Origin: Tubiluchus corallicola
Lineage: Eukaryota; Animalia; Priapulida
NCBI GenBank assembly: GCA_030141605.1
Contig: JAQGDQ010000312.1
Span: forward strand, 83,445 to 147,444
Direction of reading: 5' to 3'
DNA length: 64,000 bases
A model generated the notes under the pieces. That model saw nothing but the letters and a program-made list of their open reading frames with translations. It did not search any database and was not told the DNA's origin. Positions 63,970 through 64,000 of the stretch are shown in pieces. Each line of letters begins with the position of its first letter. The first letter of the stretch is position 1. The translations under genes and the position numbers were made by a program.

Positions 63970-64000
63970 TTTTAACAATAAAAGTGTATACCTAATGTAC

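Overview
AT-rich, intron-rich eukaryotic (invertebrate animal) genomic DNA, not prokaryotic. Four protein-coding loci were reconstructed by hand. (1) A GDPGP1 (GDP-D-glucose phosphorylase, HIT family) coding exon occurs twice inside a near-identical 4,941-bp tandem duplication (1-9885) whose breakpoint lies in a hAT MITE. (2) An anoctamin-8-like gene has 18 phase-consistent exons (12368-42721, +); its first exon is uncertain. (3) A two-exon, 184-aa LRAT/NC-domain (permuted NlpC/P60) gene is nested antisense in the largest ANO8 intron (32431-30888, -); its motifs resemble plant NC-domain/LEAD-SENSITIVE-1 proteins more than animal PLAAT/LRAT. (4) A cytosolic ALDH1A-type aldehyde dehydrogenase has 11 exons (46347-63268, +), with the last exon outside the window and an unusual substrate-channel signature. 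Introns are packed with non-autonomous DNA transposons (hAT, Kolobok/T2-like, Tc1/pogo, EnSpm, Harbinger), a solo LTR, SINE-like fragments and many minisatellites. One minisatellite repeats a real exon end plus 5' splice site eight times, and another carries about 50 AG|GT motifs. Homology calls rest on recalled family motifs, not database searches.
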